The translations under genes were made by a program, and so were the position numbers. A DNA stretch of 62,755 nucleotides, filler included, from Rhabdomonas costata (lineage: Eukaryota): the NCBI GenBank assembly GCA_019059605.1. It is 41 parts of 41 records of this genome, joined end to end, with 100 filler letters (N's around TTAATTAATTAA, not from the genome) between each part and the next. Parts side by side here need not be neighbours in the genome. Positions count along the whole stretch, not along the records: positions 10,734 to 12,167 come from JAHMHO010016079.1; positions 12,268 to 13,700 come from JAHMHO010016080.1; positions 13,801 to 15,233 come from JAHMHO010016081.1; positions 15,334 to 16,767 come from JAHMHO010016082.1; positions 16,868 to 18,299 come from JAHMHO010016083.1; positions 18,400 to 19,832 come from JAHMHO010016084.1; positions 19,933 to 21,365 come from JAHMHO010016085.1; positions 21,466 to 22,898 come from JAHMHO010016086.1; 33 more parts are not named here. One strand, given 5' to 3'. Below, in pieces: positions 11,519-23,731 of the stretch; position 1 is the stretch's first letter, and every line of letters starts with the position of its first letter. The notes beneath the pieces are model-generated. The model saw only the letters and a list, made by a program, of their open reading frames with translations, did not search any database and was not told where the DNA came from.

Positions 11519-13800
11519 TAAATGCCGACTACTGCAAACAAAATTAATGTCAACTTCGGGGGGGGGGGCAAAATTTGCTTTCACTGTAAAAAACGAAACA
11601 AATACAACCAAGCTTCCATATGGTGAGGTAAGAGGTGCCCGCACCGAAGAAGAGCATGCTGCCAAGGGGAAATACAGGCACATTGAATCCATTCTTAACC
11701 TCTCAAGAGCACCAACAGGCGGGTCCGCACGAGGTTCGGTGGACAAAAGCAGGAGGGAGCGGAGAGGAGAAAACAGTTACCACCTTTACATCCTCCAGAA
11801 AGCGCAGCGGAGTCACAAGACGACAGTGACCACGGCCACTGCGTTGCAAGCCTGAGGGCTGCAGCGCACTCAAACGGCAGCGAGCACAAATCCCGGTAAC
11901 ACCGAAGTCCGATAAAGGAGGGCAATGAAAAAGGAAACCGAAGGAGGACAGCGGCAGACTCGCACTCGGGCAAAAGTCCAGCACTCTGGTCCTCAACCAG
12001 CAATAGATAAGCCTGCATTCGGTTGCCCAGCAGTCCTTTTGCAAGCGATCAGCATGAACTGAGTGTCCACGCAACGCAAGCATAGGAGCGAAAAGTCGAA
12101 CGCACACAAACAGCATCCGTGAGAAAAGCAAAGAGGGGTGAAACCAAGGCCAGCCCTCCCCAACAACNNNNNNNNNNNNNNNNNNNNNNNNNNNNNNNNN
12201 NNNNNNNNNNNTTAATTAATTAANNNNNNNNNNNNNNNNNNNNNNNNNNNNNNNNNNNNNNNNNNNNTTTTTGGCTTCAAGGGAAGCCAGTGAGTCCGCT
12301 TGGTGGCATTGCAGAGCGTTGAGCAGCTCCTGAAAAGCTAACTTGGCTCTGGCCTGGTCTTGGGCCTGTGAGGAGATTGGGAGGCCATTGCTCGTTCAAA
12401 ATCGGAGGAGCGTCTGAGCATGTCAGAAATAGCAGATGCTGGGGGGACCGGAGACTTGAGGGAAGGGCTGATGCTTTTCCATGGCTCCCTTCTCAACGCC
12501 GCTGTAATGCAGGACAAATTTTCGGTCACCCAGGAACGTAGTAAAATGGTGGGAAGGCTGCTTCGGTTCCTAAATTTTCAAAATCGTGCGCGATGGTACA
12601 ATCTCCAGCTGATCGAGATGAGGCATTTGGAGGTGGTGCAGGTGGAAAAGGGGAGTGACAGCCAGCTGTTGCGGCCGCAACTGAGCAGATGTGGAAAGGC
12701 AAAAGAAACGGGAAAACGGAACGGGGACGGGAAACCCAGGCAACTCTCAAGCTTGGGCGCCATTCTGGGGCAAGCCCAAGCCATACCCGGACGAGGATTG
12801 AGAGTATGGGTGTTTGGAGGGGGGGGCACGGGAAGGCAGCGCAAAGCAGACCCGAGCCTCGCTAGCCTTCTGCAACTCCGAGCGGAGCTTCTGGGTTTCT
12901 TCGCAGAGTTCCACAATCAACGCCGTGGACCCCTTGTGTGTATTGCGTTTGGCAAACCCCACTGATGATCTGAGCCACTCCACAACAATACCCACTGAAA
13001 AATATAAGCACGAAAAAACGTTGATACCTCAGAGAGTCAGATCGGAAGCTATTGAATTCTTAATTGATCCTTTTTCAGAGCAATCAAACGACAAAAATAC
13101 AATGAGAGAAAGAGAGAGACAGCGCGCGAAAGAATTCCAGTTGAAGACCTATAACACTGCTGTCCTTCTAAAAACATCGGGAGACCTGCTGCATAAACAA
13201 AACAACCAACGCCTGCTTCAACTTAGCTCTCAGCTGTGACCTCTGATAACATACATATCGCCATGAAGAATTAGGGAAAAGAATACAGAAGGCAAAATTT
13301 ATGAGTCCCCCTGACATCCTTGAAGCCAAAAACCAAGAAACCTCTTGTGAAATTTGGCACTGCAACTCCGCGGCTTCGACATGTGCTCTCGCTACCACCG
13401 AGGACAAGGTGCCATCGCACTGGTCACGAACCGCCGATCGCAGTAGCTTTTCGCGCTCGAGCAGACGCTGCCCAAGCGAAGACAAAAGGAAAAAGAAGTA
13501 CGCCGAAACAGGGCACGATCTTACTCGAGAAACTGCATTATATAACGCACACCATAATGAGTGAACACGCGCAAAAGAAAAAAAAAGAGGGGATGATAGA
13601 AAAGGACCGTCATTTCTGTGGTGAAAAACGAAAACTGAACGTCGCTGTGTCCTTAGAACTCTCCGTTTTTAGACCGTCGCCCGCGCGTTTAAACACCACC
13701 NNNNNNNNNNNNNNNNNNNNNNNNNNNNNNNNNNNNNNNNNNNNTTAATTAATTAANNNNNNNNNNNNNNNNNNNNNNNNNNNNNNNNNNNNNNNNNNNN

Positions 13801-15130
13801 TATGGATTGGAATTGAAACTCGTTCCATCAGTCCTAGAGGTTTTGCCATGTTGACAAACGTTGCAGGAATCAATTTGTTGGCGCACCAGTGTTTGCATAC
13901 GTGTGAAGACTATCCGACTTTGGATCAGGCTGACTGTCCGATAAATAACACAGCAACCATCGACGATAGGTGACAATCGTGGTGCTCGGTGATAATCTGT
14001 TTCACGCAATTCTTTGGTACGAGGATTTTGTCATCTGTCCAACGTTTGCCGTACTTGTAGTGCTTCCGCTTGTCATCGGAAGCTTGCATGCAATCGTCAA
14101 GTCAGTCGTCAAACTGTATTCGAGCTGTTCAAGCGAAATACCGAAAAACATTATTGGCGAGTGTCGGTGTTGATGTGTCCACACTCTCCTGTTGCTTGTG
14201 CATGCGTTAGAGGATGTCGGAAACAACATTCGACTTACAATGAATGTGTGTAATGATCAAACTGAATTCCAGTAATCGATATAGGCTTCTCCTTGGTGTA
14301 AGGGTACCTGGTGCAAGTGTTTTCGATAAAGACTTCGACTTTGGAACAATGAAAGCAGTGCTTTCAACAATCGACAGCTTCGACAAGTGCCAGCAGTTCC
14401 TTTTCGTGTGTGTAATAATTAACTTCATGTTGATTCAATATTAGAGAGCTTCACACAATCAGGCGAAGCCGATTCAAGTCGTTAGTATGGCACAATTGCA
14501 TCGGTTTAGAGGATGAGGTGTTTTTTACGATCTGGAAATGACAAGACAACATACGGAATGATGTAGGACTTCAGTCCATCGAATGCTTGCTGTTAGGCTG
14601 GTCCACAGTGCCACGGCTTCTTCTTCGCCAGAAAAGTGGTGTGTCGCACCTTCAAAACATTCGGGAAAATTGATAATAAAAGCCGCAAATTACAATAAAA
14701 CGTCTTACTTTTTTGACGTTCCGGTGGTCTGCAACTCAAAGATTGACTGCAATTTTCCGGCACTGGGCGGATACCTCATCTGCAGGCAATGTAACAACGA
14801 ATTCGATCTCCGGATGTGTAAACAAGCACTTTTCATCTTTGCAAAAAGATGTCGGCAAAGGCTGTCAAAGACTCTTCGGATTTGATTCATGTAATCCTAG
14901 TAGGTAGTTCGAAAAGAAAACACTGTTATGTTATGTTAGATATATGTGACGTCCGACATGTTGTCAAAGACGAAGTACATTGATTGCTGAAATGTGGCTG
15001 GGAAGTTGGTTAATCCGAATGGCATCACGTGCCATTCGAACAAGCCGAACTTCCTCTGTAAGGCGTTCTTGTGCTCGTATCCTTCGCGGATTCAAATCTG
15101 GTAAAAACCACTCTACAAGTCAATATTTTT
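13801..15130 (-). mobile_element. Decayed Ty3/Gypsy LTR-retrotransposon pol (RT - RNase H - integrase Zn finger)
   Basis: Across stops and frameshifts: [51 protein letters not shown]...LSFPD...TDA, NYYTHEKELLAL, KSNVVSDIL*R, EHHD...SCNVCQ. RT-RH-INT order is Gypsy-type; the YxDD motif is destroyed. Confidence 0.9.
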
Positions 15131-15768
15131 GGCTTAGCGCCTGTGGCGCCAGTTTGATTTATGGCGGGGGGGGGGGGGCCCCCCCCTGCCAGCCAAACCA
15201 AAAAAATCTAAGCTACCGCCACGACCCACAACCNNNNNNNNNNNNNNNNNNNNNNNNNNNNNNNNNNNNNNNNNNNNTTAATTAATTAANNNNNNNNNNN
15301 NNNNNNNNNNNNNNNNNNNNNNNNNNNNNNNNNTGTGTTGAGAGTGTTTGGGGTGGTTTGGGATACCGACGAGCTTGGCTGACAATGTTTTTTTGGGGTA
15401 CGCTTTCCAGAAACCAAGAGAGGTCACCACCGATTTTTCTCCCCCGAAAACCCTCTAGTAAGTCCGAAAGTGTCTCATTTGTTGCACAAAAAGGCGCACC
15501 AAACGAGAGCCTCATAAGTTCGCCAAATAAAAGTGTCCACCGCGATATGTAACCCCGAACCCCCATATAAGTAGAAGAATAGTGTGCCTATAGCACCTAC
15601 AGACCTACAGATGCCCTTGCGAACCCCATACGGCCTATGGGGGGCAAAGGAGAGGACTTCAGGTGGCCTAGCTAGCCAAGCAGCTAAAGTCCCACACCAG
15701 CACCACTGGACAGCCCCCCCCCCCTTTGCTGTTGCTGTTTTGTTGTTGCTGTTTTGCTGTTGCTGCTT

Positions 15769-15835
15769 TGTGCTGTGCTGTGCTGTGCTGTGCTGTGCTG
15801 TGCTGTGCTGTGCTGTGCTGTGCTGTGCTGTGCTG
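15769..15835 (+). repeat. (TGTGC)n pentanucleotide microsatellite
   Basis: About 13 perfect tandem copies. Confidence 0.95.
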
Positions 15836-15917
15836 TGGTCGTTGCTTTGCAACGGCGCCTTGAAAAGGCGACATATCAGTTCCTGTTTTGTTTTCTCTCC
15901 CCCTTCTATCTTTGCAG

Positions 15918-16739
15918 GACTCCGCAGGACAGACCTTTCTGGGTGACCCTGTGGGAATGCAGGATGCCGCCTCCAGGGGTGCTCTTTGCCAGGCGAAGGC
16001 CGATGTTAACCTCCAGGTTTGTTTCCAGGTGTTTCCAAGTGTCGGGCGTACAGGTGTTGTGGCCGCTCCTTTTGGTTGCCTTGAGTTAATGGCGGGGAAT
16101 ACCCCGCACGGTTGGCGGTTGTTTTCGCTCGCAGGACAGCACGGACAGCACGCCCCTTCACTACGCTGCTGACGCTGGCGATCTCAAGAGCGTTTCTGTG
16201 CTGCTCACCGCTGGGGCTGACCCCAAAGTCTTGGTCTTTTTGCTCTTGTGGTTTTCAATGTCCTATTCTGTCATCAAAGCGGAGTGCTGCTGGGCGAGGG
16301 GTGAGGAGCGCAGAGGGCCCTCCCTTCTGAGGGGCGAAGAATTCGCTCGGACAGTAAGGCATCTGCCCCCCCCCCTCTGCCTCGACAAGTCTGAGAGGGT
16401 AACTGTTTAGCACCATCACCAAGAAGGGTCCATACTATCGTAATAAAGCCTCCTGAACAAAGGCGTGATGCGTCAGTTTGCATTTTTTTTGGTGTGGTGC
16501 AGGATGCCGAGAACCGCAACCCGGCTCACCGCGCGGCTGAGGCGAAGAAGTGGTCCGTCGTCTCCGCGATCCTGAAGTGGCACGCCCCGGGCAGCGAGCT
16601 GCCCGTGTTAGACCTCAGTGTTGCCAGCAGCATGGCGTGCGGGAAGTGCACCATCCTGCACCTCGTGGCAAAACACCCCGACGTGCCTCTGGATTTGGTG
16701 CAGGCATTGGTCCAGGCTAAAGCCCCGATTGGAATAAAG
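15918..16739 (+). CDS. Ankyrin-repeat protein, three exons, partial
   Basis: Exons 15918-16016, 16135-16233 (DSTPLHYAADAGDLKSVSVLLTAGADP) and 16503-16739 (NPAHRAA..., TILHLVA...LVQALVQAKA), all AG/GT bounded in phase 0. Confidence 0.85.
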
Positions 16740-18759
16740 GTACGGTGGAAGAATGTGGTACGCATACNNNNNNNNNNNNNNNNNNNNNNNNNNNNNNNNN
16801 NNNNNNNNNNNTTAATTAATTAANNNNNNNNNNNNNNNNNNNNNNNNNNNNNNNNNNNNNNNNNNNNCCCAACTGCCATTGGGTCAAATGGACCAACGGT
16901 GGCCGAGAATACACGGGAGGCACACAGGAAGGCGGGAAAGAGCAGCTCAGCAAGAAGGGCGCCTTGCGGGGGCAAAGGAGGGGAAGGGAAACCGGGCACG
17001 CGAAAATCCCGCAAGCATTGCCCGCACCGCGGCGTGGAGCAACGGCAAAATAACACGCACAGCACGAAGGCAACGGGGGAGGGCACACAAAAACGGGAAA
17101 CACGATGGAAACAGAGGCAAACACGTGGCGAGCAAACCGGCTTTACAGGGATGGTGGTGCCAAATCAAAGACTGGTGCAATATGCCAGAAGGTGCCAAAG
17201 GAGAGGAACAATGCAGAATATGTGGGCGAGGTGGTGTGGAAAAGGAGGGGGGCGAGGGGGTACAGAAAAGCGTGTCTAGAGTCTAGAGAAAGCAGCGGCA
17301 CAGACTGAGTTTTAGTCCACGGCAACCCCGAAAAAATGTTCCCCACCGAGTGCCCCACTGGCGGAATTGGATGTAGTGAGACCCCGTGGGTGGTTTTTCC
17401 TCTATCTGTTATTCGCAGCTCTTGGTGATCAAAAACACATTATCTACACAGTTTTTTGTTTGATAAGCACTGCCCATCCACTCCCCTAATGACTTTTCTT
17501 CCAAACTTTTTTGAGGGAGGTCGGATACAGCGCCTCAGTTGCTACCAGAGAAGAGTACCGTAACTTTGCTGAGTACGTGGCATTTAGAAGCTTGTTGCCC
17601 TTTCTTTCGCAGTTGATTAACACTGTCCTCATTTTCTTTCTTGCTGATTATCAATGGCGGCTAGTCTTGATAATTTAATGCGTACAGACATGCGCTGACT
17701 CCTCGCGGAGCTTCAAAGGTTGGACTCGCGTGATTTTTGTCTGCGCTTTGTCTCTCTCTATGTGGCGGATCTAAGGGAACTGTGACGATTTGTGATGATT
17801 TCGATCTTCCATTGTCGGGTTCTTTCTTTGAATGGCTTCCAATAGTGCCACTAGAGCGGATTTGGGAAGTCCCAGTTTTAAGCTGTGGTCTAAGTTTTCT
17901 GTGTTCCGTTCTCTTTTTCTTTTGGCATGCTGAGGGTTGCTTCGCTGAGTGCAACGAGGGACTCGCATGACGGCCGCGAACCCCACCACAGGCACGTTCC
18001 TTTGGTTTTTGTCTCCGTTGCTGGCAACCTGAGAATACCAATAGAGTGCTAATCCAAATATCCTAATCCGAATTCGAATTTTTTTGGGCTGAGACATTTC
18101 CAGGATCGTCCCCGTCCCACATGATTGGCGTAGTTGGGGTGAGAAGAATCCCTCACTGACTGTTTTTCATTAGGTGGGCTGTTTCTTTTTTTGCTTGGCT
18201 TGAGGGGTTGGCGGACGAGCGTGACCCCTTTGCTTTCCCTTTGACTCTCTCACGCAGAGAAATGTGCCTCTCACGTCCCTTCGCAAGGCCACCAAAACAN
18301 NNNNNNNNNNNNNNNNNNNNNNNNNNNNNNNNNNNNNNNNNNNTTAATTAATTAANNNNNNNNNNNNNNNNNNNNNNNNNNNNNNNNNNNNNNNNNNNNT
18401 TTTTCAGGTACAGTCACTGTGGTCAATGAAGTGGAAAGCCCATCCCCAATGAAAACTGGTATACTGTATTGGTCTGCCTGGGACTGTGCTTTTTAGTTCT
18501 TCGAGTAAAACTAATCCACCACCCTGCTGTGTCACTGAACAAACGCCATAGCTAGAAAGGGGACGCTGTGCATTTATTTCGCCTCCGGAGGCCTCGACGG
18601 CCAAAAAAAATGAGCCGAGAACCGCCAGCGTGCGACAGAAGTCAGTGAGTGCATGTGAACGTTCGCTCCCGCAGCGCATGGCCAACGGTGCAGCTGAAGA
18701 AATTCTGCTGCAATGCCGTTCACTCCACTGCTTTATACCATTCTTGGGTTCTTTGCCAG

Positions 18760-19301
18760 GCATCGTTCATTATGACCTGAAGCCAGGAAACATCCTGGTC
18801 TCCCCCTCGGGCACCTTGAAGCTTACTGACTTTGGGATTTCGTTTTCCCCGCAACGTGAGGACGTGAAGCAACGGAACCCCTGCCAGGGCACTCCTCCCT
18901 ACATGCCGCCTGACTTCGATGAGGTCTCCGGGGTCACCTTTGCCCTGGACGTGTGGAGCTTTGGGGTGGTAGTGGTTGTTCTGGGAACTGGGAAGCTCCC
19001 GGAGTACTTTTCGCAACCGGTGGACGACGATTGGCCTCGGGTTCGGCAGGTTGTGCCAGAAAGAGTGCTGACGGATGAGGCGAGGGCGGCTCTTGGCACG
19101 GACCTTGCTGCGCTTGCTGAGCGGTGTCTGCAAAAGAAGGCCTGTGATCGACCGAGCTGTACAGAGCTGCTGCGATGCCCTGTGCTGCAGCCAAGTATGG
19201 CGCTGCTTTGGTTTGGAACATTCGTGGTGAAAAGTTCTGTCGCGGAAGGAAACGCGAACACGCGATTTATACACAATAGTGTGCAACGGACGAGTAGCTG
19301 A
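18760..19301 (+). CDS. Ser/Thr protein kinase, C-lobe exon
   Basis: IVHYDLKPGNILV, LKLTDFG, GTPPYMPPD, DVWSFG, RCL...RPSCTELL; acceptor ctttgccag precedes it. Confidence 0.9.
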
Positions 19302-19932
19302 ATCCGAGGTGTCGACACCTAACTTTCTATCGCTGTCCTTCTGATGGTTTTTGCAGCCGAATTTTCTCGTGCTGTTGTGCTGCCTTCAAGGCAAGAGAGA
19401 ATGCTTGTCGTGTCCCAGGGGTTCTCACGTCACCCGAAAAAAACAAACCCCAAAAACTTCTACTGAGATACCGGAGCGAGTGACACCGTTTTGGTCACTT
19501 CTTTCACTCGAAGCTGCATAGTTCAGGTTACTTTTTCTTGGATCTACCAAATTCTCCCTCGCCTCGCCTCTTACTTCGTCAAATTTGGAACGAATTCATT
19601 TGTGTTCATTTGTGTGCGGGTTTTTGGTAGGGGAGGGACACGCGACGGACGACAATATTTCTCTCCTCTGTGCCAAGGCCATAGCTCAGGTTTGGGATCG
19701 CACCCACAAGGATCCCTGGAGCGAAAACCTGTGGCTTACGGACGGTCTTCTCTTTGGGGAGGCCGTGGCGATCTACAAGCAACGGCTGGGGGAGGACCAT
19801 CCTGCCGTGGCAGCTTGCCTGAAACACCCAACNNNNNNNNNNNNNNNNNNNNNNNNNNNNNNNNNNNNNNNNNNNNTTAATTAATTAANNNNNNNNNNNN
19901 NNNNNNNNNNNNNNNNNNNNNNNNNNNNNNNN

Positions 19933-20654
19933 GTGGGGGGGTTCTGTTCGAGCTGCGAGGACATTCGTTGGGCGTGTGGAGCGTGGGTTTTTCGAGTGGC
20001 GATCGGGCTGTGGTGGCAACAGGCTCCTGCGACCGGACAGTTGCGACATGGGACTTGACCACGGGACAGCAGCGGGCTCGGCTTGAGGGGCACGACCGTG
20101 CGGTGAACTCGGTGCGGGTCAGCAGCGATGGGCGCACAGTATGCTTGAGTTAGTTTGAATGATATTTCAGCGTCCATGGGTCCACATCGCAAATGAAAGA
20201 AGCCACGTAAAAGGTTATTCGAATGCCCTGTGTTGTAGTCTATCCTGCTTGCCTTGCACGCTGACATGTAATCCTAGTTCCTTTTTTTCCCGTCTAATAC
20301 ATTGGAATACTGCGAACATGCCAATCTCGGGTCGGTTGGGGGAACCCTCAGGTGCTCTCAGGATCCTGGGATTGCACGGCGAAGCTTTGGGACCTTCGCA
20401 GCAGGCAATGCTCCCGCACTTTCGTGGGTCACAGACAGGAGATTGATCACGCAGAGTTCGCCTCGGACGACGAACGCCGCGCGGTCACCGTAGGCACAGA
20501 TACAATGCTGAAGCTGTGGGATGTCTCTACAGGAGCAGAGCTAGCGACATTGCGCGGACACACCGCGGCCGTCACCTGCTGCTCCGTTCACGGCTTTACC
20601 ATGGTGAGCAGCAGCTGTGACGGCACGCTCCGAACGTGGCTACTTCCGCCGTGA
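19933..20654 (+). CDS. WD40-repeat protein, last two exons
   Basis: GH...TGSCDRTVATWD, GHDRAVNSV, SGSWDCTAKLWD, TDTMLKLWD, SSCDGTLRTW; GT-AG intron about 20140-20351. Confidence 0.9.
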
Positions 20655-21657
20655 GACTTACCGGGCTTACCGGTTCGTAATGCTCTTTCAAAAACATTAC
20701 TCTGCTGGCCACAGAGATCAAAGCACGATTTTCATCCCGCCTTTGGCTGTCGGGCGCTTTTGGCGCTTTTGCTCAAGTTGAGGAAGTGCTGGCTGAAGCG
20801 GAGATGGCTCTAATATTGACGTTTTTCGCTCTCCCCAGCCGTCATTTTATGCCAATGTCTTGTCTCGCTTTCAGAAAATAGAATGGGTTTGTTCCGATGG
20901 TTTCTTCGCGTGACTGTTGTGTCACGAAATTGGCAGCAGCGGACTCTCTTGCTCCGGAACCAGGGACACGAGGGGGACTTCTCTCCAACCTCCTGAAGCG
21001 CAAATGGACCAGTTCCGAGGAAGACCTGACACCTTCTTACGCGATGGCTCTGGCCGTGGAGCTTCTACACAGCCACCTTCACGACTGCGCCTCTGCAGTT
21101 CGCTTCCTCAAGGTGAACTGCGTGATAGCAGTTTTGTTGCCAAGTTAGGTTCACACTCGAGTTCATCAGGTTGTGTCCACCAGGGTTTGAAAACTCTGCT
21201 CCACGGCAATGCTCTTTATGGCGACAACAAGTTGTACGTACAAACGACCCCATGCCTGTTCAAGCTTCGACTTAGCTATTAATGAGCTGCTTTCGGGCTA
21301 GGCTCACAGTAGTAACTCTCCCATGCCCAGATAGAGCTGCCATGCTGCCTTCCAAAAAACCAACCNNNNNNNNNNNNNNNNNNNNNNNNNNNNNNNNNNN
21401 NNNNNNNNNTTAATTAATTAANNNNNNNNNNNNNNNNNNNNNNNNNNNNNNNNNNNNNNNNNNNNTGTTTTTGAAACGAGCAAGGTAAATCTGAGTGCCC
21501 TTCCCTTCGAAACACTGATGATAATGGTGAAGCAGATTAACAGCAAAAGACACTGCTTTCCTGAGGTCACTGTCTAAGCCACCACGCAGATATAGACTCC
21601 AAGTCTGCATCCAGAAAACAACTGTGAACGACCCAACAATAGAATTCCAAATCATGC

Positions 21658-21846
21658 CTGCGGGTCTGTCCCTGAAGGGGAAATCTTCAATAGCGAGAGG
21701 GCCACGGGAAGCCTGTCGTGGGCAGCCCAGCCCCACACGCAGGCGTGGGTGCCCGCCTGTAGCACCATGTGCGAGGTGAAGACGCTCGCAAAGCTGACCC
21801 AGAAGGGACCGGTGGAACCCCCCGTGAGGACCAAAGTTGGCCCCGC
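21658..21846 (-). CDS. Sialate O-acetylesterase-like protein, N-terminal domain exon
   Basis: FASVFTSHMVLQAGTHACVWGWA matches the F-x-x-x-MVLQ...VWG signature of SIAE/9-O-acetylesterases. A hydrophobic ATG-initiated segment upstream (from 22360) may be the first exon. Confidence 0.7.
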
Positions 21847-23029
21847 CTGCAGGTGTCGGTAGGAATTTCCCACAACCCTGTAAGGAGCACACCAACGCAG
21901 CCAACTACTTGGAAGTGCTTCCAGTGCTTCACCTGATGTATTCAGGGTGCTTACAGAATATTTTAGCATCTACGGCAATGTCCTACGCAAATCAATCCTA
22001 TTCGACGGGTTGGGTATCCAAGCGGGCACCCCAGGTTGTTGAATGCGGGTGGGACCATGGGGACGATCAGAATGATATGAGTGGTCCCACCCCCCAATTT
22101 CCAAACGCGCTCCCGATGGTTGGAGAGAGCCTCCCTGGAAGGACCCCCCACACACACAGGAATGAGAAAGAAAGAACTGTTAAACCATACCCAGTGGGCA
22201 GCGACGAAGCCACCAGACTTGGCTCACGCAAAGGGAGATTCCCTTTGCAATGCTGCTCGTCAGATGAGGGAAACATGTGAGTCAAAGCGTAGAGAGCAGC
22301 AAGGCCCATCCAAAAGCCCGCAGCCCCAGCCACAAAAAGAGGTAGAGCGCCAACAGTCATCAAAGCACTAGAGAATGGTGCGCAAACTGCAAAGACGTAC
22401 AGGAATAGGAACACCGCCTGTTTCCGGTATCTACAATACCCACCCCTTGCAAATATCCACGGCTCCAAAATGAAAAAGTCCGGTGAGCAAAGAAATTCAC
22501 CATAACTTCCTTAAACCCAAAGTCATCGGTGAATTTTTCTCGCTCCAAGGCGTGGAGCCGACTCAGCATTCGGCAATCGTCCGTTCCCAAAGTGTTTTTC
22601 AGTGCGCAAACAGAACATGAACAAGAAGTTCCTTGAAGGCTAGTTTAGTTCTCCTGTGCACAGATAACCTTCTGGGTCGAAAAATCCATCCACAAAGTCC
22701 AGTGTCACTGGAACTTTTTTATGTACCCAGCAGAAAACACTGGCACCAAAAAATCTCGCGTAACTAGAAAGAATTTGTTCTCTCTCAGGGACTGTCTCAA
22801 AATTACCTGATGCAACCTGACTCTCATACGACCTGTCGTCGCACTCCATCATTATCATGAGAGCCGAAAATGCAATCCTCCCTTCAACGTAGTTTGTANN
22901 NNNNNNNNNNNNNNNNNNNNNNNNNNNNNNNNNNNNNNNNNNTTAATTAATTAANNNNNNNNNNNNNNNNNNNNNNNNNNNNNNNNNNNNNNNNNNNNGG
23001 GGGTTTGGGGGAAGGCAGTACGTTCCTAC

Positions 23030-23731
23030 CCTTGGCCACCACGTCCAGCGTGAACTTCGCGGACTGCACCGCGCGGGACAGTCTGCCTTCCCCCAAGACC
23101 TGCAAATCAACACTCAGGGAGGTTAGGATCGCTGAGTGAGTCCCCACGATAGAAGCTACGAAACCAAATAAGGGCAAAATACCCGATCCCGTTTTGCCAA
23201 AATTTAAAGGTACACAGGGAGTCGTGCCCTGGTCGCTACTCTATTTGCCAGCTAAGTGTCCGGATAGCACGAAATTTGAAACGGTCGTCATCGCCGGCCG
23301 ATGGCTACATCCCAGTGCCAGATTATCTGGCGATGTGCTTCCGGGTTGAGGCAGGGGTTAGTAAACAGTGCGCCCCACCGAGTGCTACCGCTTCGAATCT
23401 GCCCGGAATCGTTGGTGCTGCGTGGCAATGGCGTTGCAATTGCAGAAGAAGTCTGAGCTGCTGCACGTCGGTGTATGTATGTATACATGTGCGTGTGTGC
23501 GGGCGCGCACGCCCCCCGTCTCCTTCACGGGACCTTCACGGTCTTGCCCAGCGACGGGTGGTACGGGGTCACGGTGGCATTCGTCATCCGCCCCGCTGTA
23601 GCGGAGTCCCCGCAGTCCGCCCAGCGGATGTCCATGTGCTTGCCCCCAAAGAACAGCGCCGAGGTGGGCGCCACCAGCACCACCACCGTCAACACAGTCA
23701 GCACAACCCGCAAGTTGAGACTCGCAGGCAT
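23030..23731 (-). CDS. ML-domain (NPC2/MD-2-like) lipid-binding protein, first two exons
   Basis: Signal peptide, then WADCGDSATAGRMTNATVTPYHPSLGKTVK | VLGEGRLSRAVQSAKFTLDV; exons 23731-23534 and 23099-23030, GT-AG. Confidence 0.72.
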
